DNA from: Candidatus Nomurabacteria bacterium
Lineage (GTDB): Bacteria > Patescibacteriota > Minisyncoccia > Phycocordibacterales > UBA9973
Assembly: GCA_052035405.1 (NCBI GenBank)
Contig: JBPOHQ010000004.1
Span: 70,687 to 134,686, forward strand
DNA: 64,000 bases
Direction: 5' to 3'
Shown here: positions 44,776 through 53,621 of the stretch, piece by piece
Numbering within the stretch: the stretch's first letter is position 1
Layout of the letters: each line of letters begins with the position of its first letter
The notes under the pieces: model-generated
Databases searched by the model: none
Told to the model about the DNA's origin: nothing
The model's input: the letters and a program-made list of their open reading frames with translations, nothing else
Position numbers and translations under genes: made by a program

Positions 44776-46002
44776 ATGAATACAAACAATCCATTTGAGA
44801 ATGCAATGATTCAGTTGGACAAGGTTGCAAAGTTGCGTAGTTTTAGCGACGAATTTATTACTCAACTTCGCCAACCAGACAGAGATATTCGAATATCTAT
44901 CCCGGTAAAGATGGATAATGGATCTATCAAAATATTTGAAGGCTACCGTGTACAGTACAACAATACTATGGGGCCGTACAAAGGAGGTATTCGTTTTCAT
45001 CAAGATACAGAAATAAATGAAGTTAAGGCACTCGCCTTTTGGATGACTATAAAATGTGCTGTAGCAGGTATCCCTATGGGTGGAGGAAAAGGCGGCATCA
45101 CAGTAAATCCAAAAGACTTATCTAAAGGTGAACTTGAGAGACTTTCTCGTGGATGGATAGAAAGACTTTCGGATGTTATAGGCCCTAAAAAAGACGTTCC
45201 TGCTCCTGACGTAAACACTACTCCTGAAATTATGATGTGGATGGCTGACGAATTTGAGAAAATTACTGGAGACAAAACTGGTGCGGTTATTACGGGTAAG
45301 CCACTTCTAAATGGCGGAAGCGAAGGAAGAGGCACAGCAACAGCCCAAGGAGGTTTTTATGTTTTTGAAGCTTTGCGAAATGATTTAGGACTTCCCGAGA
45401 AATGTAACGTGGTCATTCAAGGTTTTGGAAATGCTGGAATGCACGCAGCTACTATCTGGAGTAAAGCCGGACACACCATCACAGCTGTATCAGATTCCAA
45501 AGGAGGAACTTGGAATGAAAATGGATTAAACGTAGATGATCTCATCGCTTATAAAAAAGAAAAAGATACCTTAGCCGGATTCCCAGGAGGGACTGACGTA
45601 ACGAATGGAGAAATGTTAGAAGCACATTGTGATCTCCTTATCCCTGCTGCATTTGAAAATCAAATCACCGACACAAACGCATCTAAAATAAAAGCAAAAG
45701 TAGTTCTCGAACTTGCAAATGGTCCGACAACGCCCGCTGCTGACGATATACTCTCTAGTATGGGCATATATGTGATTCCCGATGTACTTGCAAACTCTGG
45801 TGGAGTTACTGTCTCTACTTTTGAATGGGAGCAAAATTTAAAGGGTGAACACTGGAGTGAAAAAGAAGTTTTTGAAAAGCTTCAACCCTTACTAGCCGAT
45901 GCAGCAAAGAAAATATTTACCATTTCGCAAGAATCAAAAACAGACCTCCGTCGCAGTGCATTTATCTTGGCACTTGAAAGAATCCAGGAAAAGATGTTAT
46001 AG
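44776..46002 (+). CDS. gdhA: Glu/Leu/Phe/Val-family dehydrogenase, most likely glutamate dehydrogenase
   Basis: Catalytic GPYKGGIRFH lysine box, GGGKGG, NAD(P) Rossmann GFGNAG. Confidence 0.85.
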   Translation: MNTNNPFENAMIQLDKVAKLRSFSDEFITQLRQPDRDIRISIPVKMDNGSIKIFEGYRVQYNNTMGPYKGGIRFHQDTEINEVKALAFWMTIKCAVAGIPMGGGKGGITVNPKDLSKGELERLSRGWIERLSDVIGPKKDVPAPDVNTTPEIMMWMADEFEKITGDKTGAVITGKPLLNGGSEGRGTATAQGGFYVFEALRNDLGLPEKCNVVIQGFGNAGMHAATIWSKAGHTITAVSDSKGGTWNENGLNVDDLIAYKKEKDTLAGFPGGTDVTNGEMLEAHCDLLIPAAFENQITDTNASKIKAKVVLELANGPTTPAADDILSSMGIYVIPDVLANSGGVTVSTFEWEQNLKGEHWSEKEVFEKLQPLLADAAKKIFTISQESKTDLRRSAFILALERIQEKML

Positions 46003-46016
46003 TCAAAAGACTATAC

Positions 46017-46092
46017 GCGCGGTTAGCTCAGTTGGTAGAGCGACCCCTTGACGTGGGGTAGGCCAGGGGTTCGAATCCCTTATCGCGCACCA
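46017..46092 (+). tRNA. tRNA-Val (anticodon GAC), CCA encoded
   Basis: GCGCGGT-TA-GCTCAGTTGGTAGAGC-G-ACCCC-TTGACGT-GGGGT-AGGCC-AGGGG-TTCGAAT-CCCTT-ATCGCGC-A-CCA. Confidence 0.85.
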
Positions 46093-46146
46093 TAAATAAG
46101 CACATATTAACTTTTAAAAAATCATTTAAAATGGTATATTTTTCCT

Positions 46147-48312
46147 ATGGAGATAAATGAAAAATTACTTAAACCGTATAGTCCAAAAGACACAGAAGAC
46201 CGTATTTATAAGGTCTGGGAAGACTCTGGACTTTTTAATCCGGACGTATGTATTGAAAAAGGAGTAACAGATAATAACGCAGAACATTTCTCGATAGTAC
46301 TTCCCCCTCCAAACGTGACCGGCAGTCTCCATACTGGTCATGCTCTTATGCTTGTCATTCAAGATATTATGGTTCGTCATGCTCGCATGCAAGGCAAACG
46401 TACGCTTTGGCTACCCGGTACTGATCACGCTGCAATCGCAACTCAATCAAAAGTAGAGAAAATCTTAGAAAAAGAAGGTGTGCGGAAGAATGACCTAGGA
46501 CGTGAAGAATTTTTAAAACGAGTTGAAAAATTCGCAAGTGATTCTCATGACACGATAGTCAACCAAGCAAAAAAAATGGGAGCGTCCATGGATTGGTCGC
46601 GTGAAGCTTTTACCTTAGACGAAAAAAGAAACCTCGCAGTTCGCACAACATTCAAAAAAATGTATGATGACGGACTCATTTACCGTGGTTATAGAATAGT
46701 AAATTGGGATCCAAAAGGACAAACAGTTATATCAGATGATGAGACATTTTCCGAAGAAAGAAAAAGTAAACTCTATACATTTAAATACGGCAAGAACTTC
46801 CCTATCTCTATATCAACTACTCGACCAGAAACAAAAGTTGGTGATGTAGCGGTAGCAGTACATCCAGAAGATGAAAGATATACTGAGTTTGTGGGTAAAG
46901 AATACGATGAAGTATTTTGCGGAGTGCCTATTCATATAAAAATAATTGCTGATGAACACGTAGAAAAAGATTTTGGTACTGGAGCACTCGGAGTGACCCC
47001 AGCCCACAGTCAGATAGACTGGGAAATGGCACAAAAACATAAACTTCCTGTAATACCAGTTATTAATGAATACGCAAAGATGATGGTCGGAGATGAAAGA
47101 ATTTTGAATAAAAAAACAACTGAAGCTCGAGCTACTATAGTCGAGTGGCTCCAGACTGAAGGGCTAATGGAAAAAGAAGAAGACATTGTACAAAATGTTC
47201 CTACAGCAGAACGGACAGGTGCTGTCATAGAGCCAATACCTAAACTACAATGGTTCATCGACGTAAATAAAAAAATAAAAGACCGAGGAAATAAATCTCT
47301 AAAAGAACTCATGCTTGGACCAGTACGTGAAGGTACTATCAACATCATGCCTGATAGATTTGAAAAAGTGTATTTCAACTGGATTGAGAACCTTCGTGAT
47401 TGGTGTATATCTCGTCAGATATGGTACGGGCATAGAATTCCTGTATGGTACAAAGGTGAAGAAATATATACTGGAGTAATAGCACCAGATGATGAAGGTT
47501 GGGTACAAGATGAAGATACATTAGACACATGGTTCTCTTCTGGACTTTGGACTTTCTCTACTCTTGGTTGGCCCGAACAAACTAAAGACTTAAAAGACTA
47601 CCATCCTACTACAGTCCTCGAAACAGGACACGATCTTATTTTTTTCTGGATTGCTAGAATGATACTTATGTCTCAGTATTTAATTGGTGAAATACCCTTC
47701 GAAACTGTTTACTTCCATGGTATGGTTCGTACAGCTGATGGTAAAAAAATGTCTAAGTCTCTCGGAGAAAAAGCTACTGACCCATTAGACATAATCGCAA
47801 AATACGGTAATGATGCCCTTCGTATGGCGATGATTGTTGGAAACACTCCAGGAAATGATTTAAAACTAGACGAAAACGATATTCGCGGTTACGCAAAATT
47901 TAACAATAAAATCTGGAATGCTTCCAGATTTGCACTAGAACAAACAAAAGATTTAGATTTAAGCAATCTCCCCTCTTTAGACGAAGAAGACAAAAAAGAC
48001 CATGAAGAGCTCCAAAAATTAATTGGAGAAATTTCAAAGGAAATGAATGAATATCGTTTCTCTCTTGTTGCAGAGAAACTTTATCATTACTTCTGGCACA
48101 CATTTGCAGATGTGATTATTGAGCGTTCAAAGAAAAAAATATTAGAAAATAATAATGCAAACTCAGCTAAAGCACTACTCTATACACACCTTATTACTTT
48201 AATCACCTTACTGCACCCATTTGTACCTTTCGTAACAGAAGAAATCTGGTCAATGTTACCTAATAAGAAAAATCTATTATTAATAGAAAAATGGCCTACC
48301 ATAAATGACTAA
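46147..48312 (+). CDS. valS: valine--tRNA ligase (short form, 721 aa)
   Basis: Class I HIGH (GSLHTGHAL) and KMSKS motifs, CP1 editing region; lacks the long C-terminal coiled-coil of ~880 aa ValRS. Confidence 0.9.
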   Translation: MEINEKLLKPYSPKDTEDRIYKVWEDSGLFNPDVCIEKGVTDNNAEHFSIVLPPPNVTGSLHTGHALMLVIQDIMVRHARMQGKRTLWLPGTDHAAIATQSKVEKILEKEGVRKNDLGREEFLKRVEKFASDSHDTIVNQAKKMGASMDWSREAFTLDEKRNLAVRTTFKKMYDDGLIYRGYRIVNWDPKGQTVISDDETFSEERKSKLYTFKYGKNFPISISTTRPETKVGDVAVAVHPEDERYTEFVGKEYDEVFCGVPIHIKIIADEHVEKDFGTGALGVTPAHSQIDWEMAQKHKLPVIPVINEYAKMMVGDERILNKKTTEARATIVEWLQTEGLMEKEEDIVQNVPTAERTGAVIEPIPKLQWFIDVNKKIKDRGNKSLKELMLGPVREGTINIMPDRFEKVYFNWIENLRDWCISRQIWYGHRIPVWYKGEEIYTGVIAPDDEGWVQDEDTLDTWFSSGLWTFSTLGWPEQTKDLKDYHPTTVLETGHDLIFFWIARMILMSQYLIGEIPFETVYFHGMVRTADGKKMSKSLGEKATDPLDIIAKYGNDALRMAMIVGNTPGNDLKLDENDIRGYAKFNNKIWNASRFALEQTKDLDLSNLPSLDEEDKKDHEELQKLIGEISKEMNEYRFSLVAEKLYHYFWHTFADVIIERSKKKILENNNANSAKALLYTHLITLITLLHPFVPFVTEEIWSMLPNKKNLLLIEKWPTIND

Positions 48313-48997
48313 CGATCCTAAAATTTTAGGATTGGCTCTTTTGGGTGGTATAATCCCCTCTCTTTTATGGTTATGGTTCTGGCTTAAAGAAGACAAAAAA
48401 GCTGAGGAACCAAAAGGATTACTCACAGTTATTTTTATACTTGGCATGGTCTCTGTGATACTTGTTATACCAATACAAAAATTAATTCAACAAAACACAA
48501 CAGATCATCAGTTAGAATTAACTCTTTGGGCTACCGCAGAAGAAATAATAAAGTATTTAGCTGTTGTACTTATTTTATACAAAACAAACTATGCAGACGA
48601 GCCTGTAGACTGGCCAATATATCTCATGACTGCAGCTCTCGGTTTTGCTGCATTTGAAAACACTCTTTATCTTATCAAACCACTCTCCCTTGGAGACACG
48701 ATTGTCGGACTACTTACGGGTCAATTAAGGTTTTTAGGTTCAACACTGCTTCATGCCGTATCTAGTGGTATTGTTGGTATATTTATCGGACTCTCGGTGC
48801 ATTTTGGAAAATTTATAAAAAAAATGTACCTTTTGATTGGATTATTTTTTGCAATTGTCTTGCATACTGTCTTTAATTTTTTTATAATGAAATACGAAGG
48901 AACAGGATTCATAAAAGTGTTTGCGTTTTTGTGGGTCGTTACTGTTATTATCATGTTACTCTTTGAGAAACTAAGAAGAATGAGTAGTAAAAATTAA
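48305..48997 (+). CDS. PrsW-family intramembrane metalloprotease
   Basis: EExxK (AEEIIKYLAV), FxxxE (FAAFENTLY) and H-x3-... (HAVSSGIVG) motifs in successive TM helices; overlaps valS stop by 8 nt. Confidence 0.7.
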   Translation: MTNDPKILGLALLGGIIPSLLWLWFWLKEDKKAEEPKGLLTVIFILGMVSVILVIPIQKLIQQNTTDHQLELTLWATAEEIIKYLAVVLILYKTNYADEPVDWPIYLMTAALGFAAFENTLYLIKPLSLGDTIVGLLTGQLRFLGSTLLHAVSSGIVGIFIGLSVHFGKFIKKMYLLIGLFFAIVLHTVFNFFIMKYEGTGFIKVFAFLWVVTVIIMLLFEKLRRMSSKN

Positions 48998-49019
48998 TAT
49001 TTAAAAAATAAAAATTATT

Positions 49020-49484
49020 ATGGAAAATAAAAAAAGAAGTTTTTTTGAAAGAATCACAGGAAGTATGAGAGCAGACGATGATATAGAAGTAGAACACCAG
49101 GCAGTAGAGCCAGATAAAAAGAATACCAATGCTTGGATGGAAGAGGAAAACGAAGAAGCAGAACTCACAGTAGATGTATTTCAGACATCTACTGATATAT
49201 TCCTACAGACTATGGTAGCTGGAGTAAAACCTGAGGACCTAGACTTAACTATAGGACGAGATATGATAACTATTAAAGGAAAAAGGGAGAATGATCAATC
49301 CGTACCTGATGAGAATTACTTTACCAAAGAACTCTACTGGGGCAAGTTCTCTCGAACCATTCTCCTCCCCCAAGAAGTAGAACCAGATCAGTCAGATGCA
49401 ACAGAAAAACATGGGTTGCTTACCATTAAGCTTCAAAAAGTAGATAAAGAAAAGAAAGCTAATGTAAAAGTAAAATCTATATAG
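49020..49484 (+). CDS. Hsp20/alpha-crystallin family small heat-shock protein
   Basis: 154 aa; alpha-crystallin domain core (DLTIGRDMITIKGKRE...FSRTILLPQEV...GLLTIKLQK). Confidence 0.8.
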   Translation: MENKKRSFFERITGSMRADDDIEVEHQAVEPDKKNTNAWMEEENEEAELTVDVFQTSTDIFLQTMVAGVKPEDLDLTIGRDMITIKGKRENDQSVPDENYFTKELYWGKFSRTILLPQEVEPDQSDATEKHGLLTIKLQKVDKEKKANVKVKSI

Positions 49485-49492
49485 TAAAAAAT

Positions 49493-49518
49493 AAAAAACC
49501 TCCACATGGAGGTTTTTT
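49493..49518. terminator. bidirectional rho-independent terminator (AAAAAACCTCCA-ca-TGGAGGTTTTTT)
   Basis: 10-bp stem with A6/T6 flanks between hsp20 (+) and tRNA-Phe (-). Confidence 0.75.
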
Positions 49519-49524
49519 ATTTTT

Positions 49525-49600
49525 TGGTGCCGAGACCCAGGGTCGAACTGGGGACCTATCCCTCTTCAGGGGAGCGCTCTACCAACTGAGCTATCTCGGC
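49525..49600 (-). tRNA. tRNA-Phe (anticodon GAA), CCA encoded
   Basis: Reverse complement GCCGAGA-TA-GCTCAGTTGGTAGAGC-G-CTCCC-CTGAAGA-GGGAT-AGGTC-CCCAG-TTCGACC-CTGGG-TCTCGGC-A-CCA. Confidence 0.8.
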
Positions 49601-49607
49601 AAATAAG

Positions 49608-49886
49608 TTACTTCTTAAATTTATTTATAAATTCTTGAAATGCGTTAGAGTGTATATCTACCTTTTGTTCAAAAGTAGATATTGAATTATACGCATTTAT
49701 AACCTTATCAAAATATGGTTCCAGATATACAAAGGCTCCGTAAGATAAACCAACAACAACCAACAACTTAATAATAGAAAATAAAGCTGTACGTTTCTGT
49801 ACTGCCCGTACCTTATGCAACATTGCATTGTTTTCTTTTGCTATTTCAAAGGTTGCCTGTAATAACTTTTTGGATTCTGGGTCCAC
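49608..49886 (-). CDS. hypothetical small membrane protein
   Basis: 92 aa, one central TM helix. Confidence 0.35.
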   Translation of the reverse strand: MDPESKKLLQATFEIAKENNAMLHKVRAVQKRTALFSIIKLLVVVGLSYGAFVYLEPYFDKVINAYNSISTFEQKVDIHSNAFQEFINKFKK

Positions 49887-49966
49887 AGGAATATTCTATC
49901 ATAAAACTAAGCTAAATCAAATATATATTTATTGCAATAACAGCAATTTATAGTAATATAAATTAC

Positions 49967-50485
49967 ATGCATTTTATTACATCTGGACGCAAAAATCACT
50001 CTTCTGGTTTTACGTTATTAGAATTACTTGTAGTTATTGCCATAATAGGTATTTTCTCCAGCATTATATTGGTTAATATTAATTTAAACAGAAAGAAAGC
50101 AAGAGATGGAGCAATCAAAACTCAACTAAAACAATTTCAAAATATTTTAGCTCTTGAATACAATGATACAGGTAGCTATGCAAACCTACAAACCGATGTA
50201 TGGTCTCCTGAAACTCCTTGCAATACTGCTTTTGCGGGTAATTATGCTACTCAAGCGACACAAATATGTAATGAAATAACTAAATTAGCAGGAAGTTGGG
50301 GTGTTTGGGGTGCTCCATATAAATTATATGCTGGAAATGCCGTTGATCCAGCAACAAAATATTCGATTATGGTACCTTTAAATTCAAAAAATACTTTTTA
50401 TTGCATAGGAAGCAGTGGAAGTTCTGACACTGAAGACACCCTTGATGGAGTGTTAGACACTATTGGCTGCGAAGAGAATCCTTAA
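49967..50485 (+). CDS. type IV pilin / pseudopilin (prepilin-type N-terminal cleavage/methylation domain)
   Basis: G-F-T-L-L-E-L-L-V-V-I-A-I-I-G class III signal motif after a short leader; C-terminal Cys pair. Confidence 0.8.
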   Translation: MHFITSGRKNHSSGFTLLELLVVIAIIGIFSSIILVNINLNRKKARDGAIKTQLKQFQNILALEYNDTGSYANLQTDVWSPETPCNTAFAGNYATQATQICNEITKLAGSWGVWGAPYKLYAGNAVDPATKYSIMVPLNSKNTFYCIGSSGSSDTEDTLDGVLDTIGCEENP

Positions 50486-50586
50486 AGATTTCTTGTCTTT
50501 TCTGTAATTCTATGGTTTAATAAAAAGAATCGGGCATGAGGCTCGATTTTTTTGTTCTTTCCACAATTTAAAAACTTTTACACAGG

Positions 50587-52281
50587 ATGAAGAAGTTACC
50601 TATTCCACTTATTATCTTTCTATTTTTGGCAGCTCAAAGCCTGGCACAAACATGGAATCCACTTAGCGATACTCTTAACGGGTTTGTTACCTGTGGAGTA
50701 AACACTGGCACACCAAACAATCTTTTACCTGAAGCACTTCTCGGTGGAACTTTCACCCAAACCAAAAACGGTATTACGTCTCCTTTAGTTATCAAATACG
50801 ACAACTGGACGCACGATTTTACACAAGTAACGGGCTTTGATCAAACAACCGACAAAGTAGTAGGATTTTTTAAAAGAAACGGTTCCTGGTATGCCTACGG
50901 TAAATTTAAAGTCGGAACTAATCTGTATTACGGTGCAATGGAATTCAACAGCGACAATACCGTAGCCACGCCAAATGCTCAGTTTCAATTCAAAGGGGCA
51001 CTTGCGAGCACAGGAAAAATTGAATCTCTGGGTATAGACACACTAACTAATGAAGTTATCTTTTACGGCAACACCTTGGCCCGCATGGGTCCAGGTAGTG
51101 GCGTAAACCTTGCAGCAAAAGTCGGTAAAATGACCCTTGACGGTACAGTAACAGCTCTTGGAGCACTGACACCCACACATGCATCTGAAAATCCAACGAT
51201 CCTAACAATCGGCTGGAAAAATTCAGAATGGTCCATCCTCGGCAACTTTGAAATGCTTGGTGGTACTTCAGTAAACGATCTTGGTACGTGGAACGGCACA
51301 AATGTAACTGCGATAAATACAAACACGAACACAGACGTACGATGCAGCGGATATTCTAACGGTTATTTAGGTTGGAATGGGTTTATTACCGACCTCGGAG
51401 TTAATTCGCCTGGTGGATTAAAATTAAACAATGGCAATCTTGAGGCACTTGGTGGTGGATGGAACATTGCAACAAAGCATGTGATCCAGCGAAACAACTT
51501 TGTATGGTTCTCTGGTGCAAAGCAAGCATCGGGTTCGAGATTAGCGACTTTCGATGTTCTCACTTCTAGTTGGACAAACAGACAAACCAATCTACTTACG
51601 GTGGATAATGATACAATTATTCTGAACGGTATCGTTCATTTCCCTGGAGACAGTCTGATGGTGTTTGGAAATTTTAATTCAACAAACTCTTCCATCCCTG
51701 GCGGCCTTGCCGTTGGCAAAGTCGCTTCGATTGCTTTACCGGTAGAATTAACCTCCTTCACGGGACGGTTAATAAACGGCAAAGTTTTACTACAGTGGCA
51801 TACTAAAACCGAGCACAAGAATCGTGGATTTAAAATCGAAAGAGCAAATGCTGAATTTCAGTGGACCGAAATTGATTTTATTGCAGGAAACGGAGATAGC
51901 GATTTGCCACAAGATTATTCTTACTGGGACAATAGACCGTTAGACGGTTTAAGTTACTATCGTTTAGTTCAAATGGATGAAGACAGTAAACTGACTTACC
52001 TACCCGCAATCAAAATTGAAAAAATTATTACAGGTATTAAGGTATCTCCGAATCCAGCATATGAAAGTATCCTAATTGAAATTGAAAGCAATCAAGAAAC
52101 AAGCGGATCAGTTGATGTTATAACCATTATTGGCAAAACGATATGCACAATACCTATTACTATTAATTCCGGGATGAACGAGACATCCTTAAGTCTCCTG
52201 GGCATTCCGAGTGGAAATTACATATTGCAAATTACTACGGAAAATCAGATTTTCAGAACACAGTTAATTATTTCGAACTAA
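50587..52281 (+). CDS. secreted beta-rich protein with Bacteroidota-type C-terminal sorting domain (T9SS/Por_Secre_tail-like); compositionally foreign
   Basis: Signal peptide (LIIFLFLAAQSLAQ); Asn/Gly/Thr-rich body; C-terminal ~75 aa VSPNPAYESILIEIES...GKTICTIPI...LGIPSGNYILQITTENQIFRTQLIISN resembles T9SS CTDs; preceded by an ELTSF...YYRL-type domain; GC ~41-51% in hand-counted samples versus ~31% for neighbours. Confidence 0.6.
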   Translation: MKKLPIPLIIFLFLAAQSLAQTWNPLSDTLNGFVTCGVNTGTPNNLLPEALLGGTFTQTKNGITSPLVIKYDNWTHDFTQVTGFDQTTDKVVGFFKRNGSWYAYGKFKVGTNLYYGAMEFNSDNTVATPNAQFQFKGALASTGKIESLGIDTLTNEVIFYGNTLARMGPGSGVNLAAKVGKMTLDGTVTALGALTPTHASENPTILTIGWKNSEWSILGNFEMLGGTSVNDLGTWNGTNVTAINTNTNTDVRCSGYSNGYLGWNGFITDLGVNSPGGLKLNNGNLEALGGGWNIATKHVIQRNNFVWFSGAKQASGSRLATFDVLTSSWTNRQTNLLTVDNDTIILNGIVHFPGDSLMVFGNFNSTNSSIPGGLAVGKVASIALPVELTSFTGRLINGKVLLQWHTKTEHKNRGFKIERANAEFQWTEIDFIAGNGDSDLPQDYSYWDNRPLDGLSYYRLVQMDEDSKLTYLPAIKIEKIITGIKVSPNPAYESILIEIESNQETSGSVDVITIIGKTICTIPITINSGMNETSLSLLGIPSGNYILQITTENQIFRTQLIISN

Positions 52282-52403
52282 TCGCCTGGTAAAATTTACC
52301 AAAAAATCATTAGCCCTAACACTTTACAAAGGAAGAGTGTCAGGGCTTTTTTATTTTCTACTGATTTTGGAATAGTATTTTTATATGGTAAATTATACAC
52401 ATT

Positions 52404-52475
52404 GCCCTCATAGTTCAATGGATAGAACAGTTCCGTCCTAAGGAATAGATCCCCGTTCGATTCGGAGTGAGGGCA
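52404..52475 (+). tRNA. tRNA-Arg (anticodon CCU)
   Basis: GCCCTCA-TA-GTTCAATGGATAGAAC-A-GTTCC-GTCCTAA-GGAAT-AGAT-CCCCG-TTCGATT-CGGAG-TGAGGGC-A; one mismatch in T-stem. Confidence 0.65.
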
Positions 52476-52519
52476 CAATATAAAAAATCTTCCAAAAAGG
52501 AAGATTTTTTATATTGTGC
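52473..52519. terminator. long perfect palindrome/terminator (GCACAATATAAAAAATCTTCC-aaaaa-GGAAGATTTTTTATATTGTGC) overlapping the tRNA-Arg 3' end
   Basis: 21-bp perfect stem read directly. Confidence 0.7.
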
Positions 52520-52532
52520 TTTATAGCTTTAA

Positions 52533-52769
52533 TTATTTAATTCCGAGGAGTTCAACTATCTTTGGTTTGTTAAAACCTACAACGACATTATTACCTATGA
52601 CTATTACAGGTACGCCCATTTGACCACTCTTTTCAATCATTTCCTTTCTTTTATCTGTATCTACACCAACATTAAAGTCAGTAAAAGCTACGTTGTTTTC
52701 TGTAAAAAAGTCTTTTGCCATATGACAGAAGTGACATGATTCAGTTGAATATATAGTTACATTTTCCAT
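52533..52769 (-). CDS. glutaredoxin-family small redoxin (NrdH/YruB-like)
   Basis: 78 aa; CHFC active site near the N-terminus, GVPVIVIG motif. Confidence 0.75.
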   Translation of the reverse strand: MENVTIYSTESCHFCHMAKDFFTENNVAFTDFNVGVDTDKRKEMIEKSGQMGVPVIVIGNNVVVGFNKPKIVELLGIK

Positions 52770-52823
52770 AAATTTTTTATTATTATCTTCTAATTACTTT
52801 AATTATATCACACCCGTCAACCT

Positions 52824-53621
52824 CTACAAATTATTGATTTGAATGTTTTCTACGTGAGACGCTGCTTCTGTAATACCCCTCCGCATCATAGTGACCACTT
52901 CTACTGGATACTTCCCCACGGTAGTCTCTTCAGAGAGCATAAGAGCGTCAGCTCCGTGCAAAACAGCAAAAGCAATATCAGTCATCTCAGCACGAGTAGG
53001 TGCAGGGTTCTCAGTCATTGAGAGTAATACTTGCGTAGCAACTATTACAGGCTTACCTGCTACCTTACATTTATTTAAAATATCCTTCTCGACAAAAGGG
53101 ATCTGTTCAAAAGGAATTTCATTTCCCATATCACCTCGGGCAATCATAATAGCATCAGCTACTGCTATAATGGAATCGATATTTTCCACCGCAATAGTGC
53201 GTTCGATTTTTGCAATAATAGGAATACGCTTACCTAATTTATCCATTTCTTCTTGTAATTGTAAAACATCCAGAGCTTTCCCTACATATGATAATGCTAC
53301 ATAATCTACTTCTTGCTGTATACCAAACGCTAAGTCCTCTAAATCTTTTTTTGTTATTACTTCTAAAGAAGATTTATCAAACTCATGACCATCGTCATTG
53401 GTCATTCTTGGTCCAGATAAATCTTGTATTATTGGAATTTGAAGGTTGAGTTCTTTACTCGCTTCTCGTATATTATTTATAAGAATTCCATGCTCTTCGT
53501 GTGTTCCATGAGAAAAGTTCAACCTAGCTAAACTCATACCGGCTTCCATTATTTTTTTAAGAATCTCTTTTTCTTTTGTGGCAGGACCGATGGTTGCTAC
53601 TATCTGTATTTGTTTACTCAT
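52824..53621 (-). CDS. pyk: pyruvate kinase, minimal form (A-domain barrel only; no B-domain lid or C-terminal domain)
   Basis: IVATIGPA...LARLNFSHGTHEEH N-terminus, MIARGDMGNEIP, and PK signature ...ATQVLLSM...PTRAEMTDIAFAVLHGADALMLSEETTVGKYP; only 265 aa with ~15 aa where the ~100 aa B domain normally sits. Confidence 0.65.
   Translation of the reverse strand: MSKQIQIVATIGPATKEKEILKKIMEAGMSLARLNFSHGTHEEHGILINNIREASKELNLQIPIIQDLSGPRMTNDDGHEFDKSSLEVITKKDLEDLAFGIQQEVDYVALSYVGKALDVLQLQEEMDKLGKRIPIIAKIERTIAVENIDSIIAVADAIMIARGDMGNEIPFEQIPFVEKDILNKCKVAGKPVIVATQVLLSMTENPAPTRAEMTDIAFAVLHGADALMLSEETTVGKYPVEVVTMMRRGITEAASHVENIQINNL

Noticed and set aside
50587-52281. The high-GC T9SS-CTD gene as pure assembly contamination
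   Set aside because: Not rejected outright. Contamination cannot be excluded from sequence alone, and it is kept as an alternative explanation within the finding.
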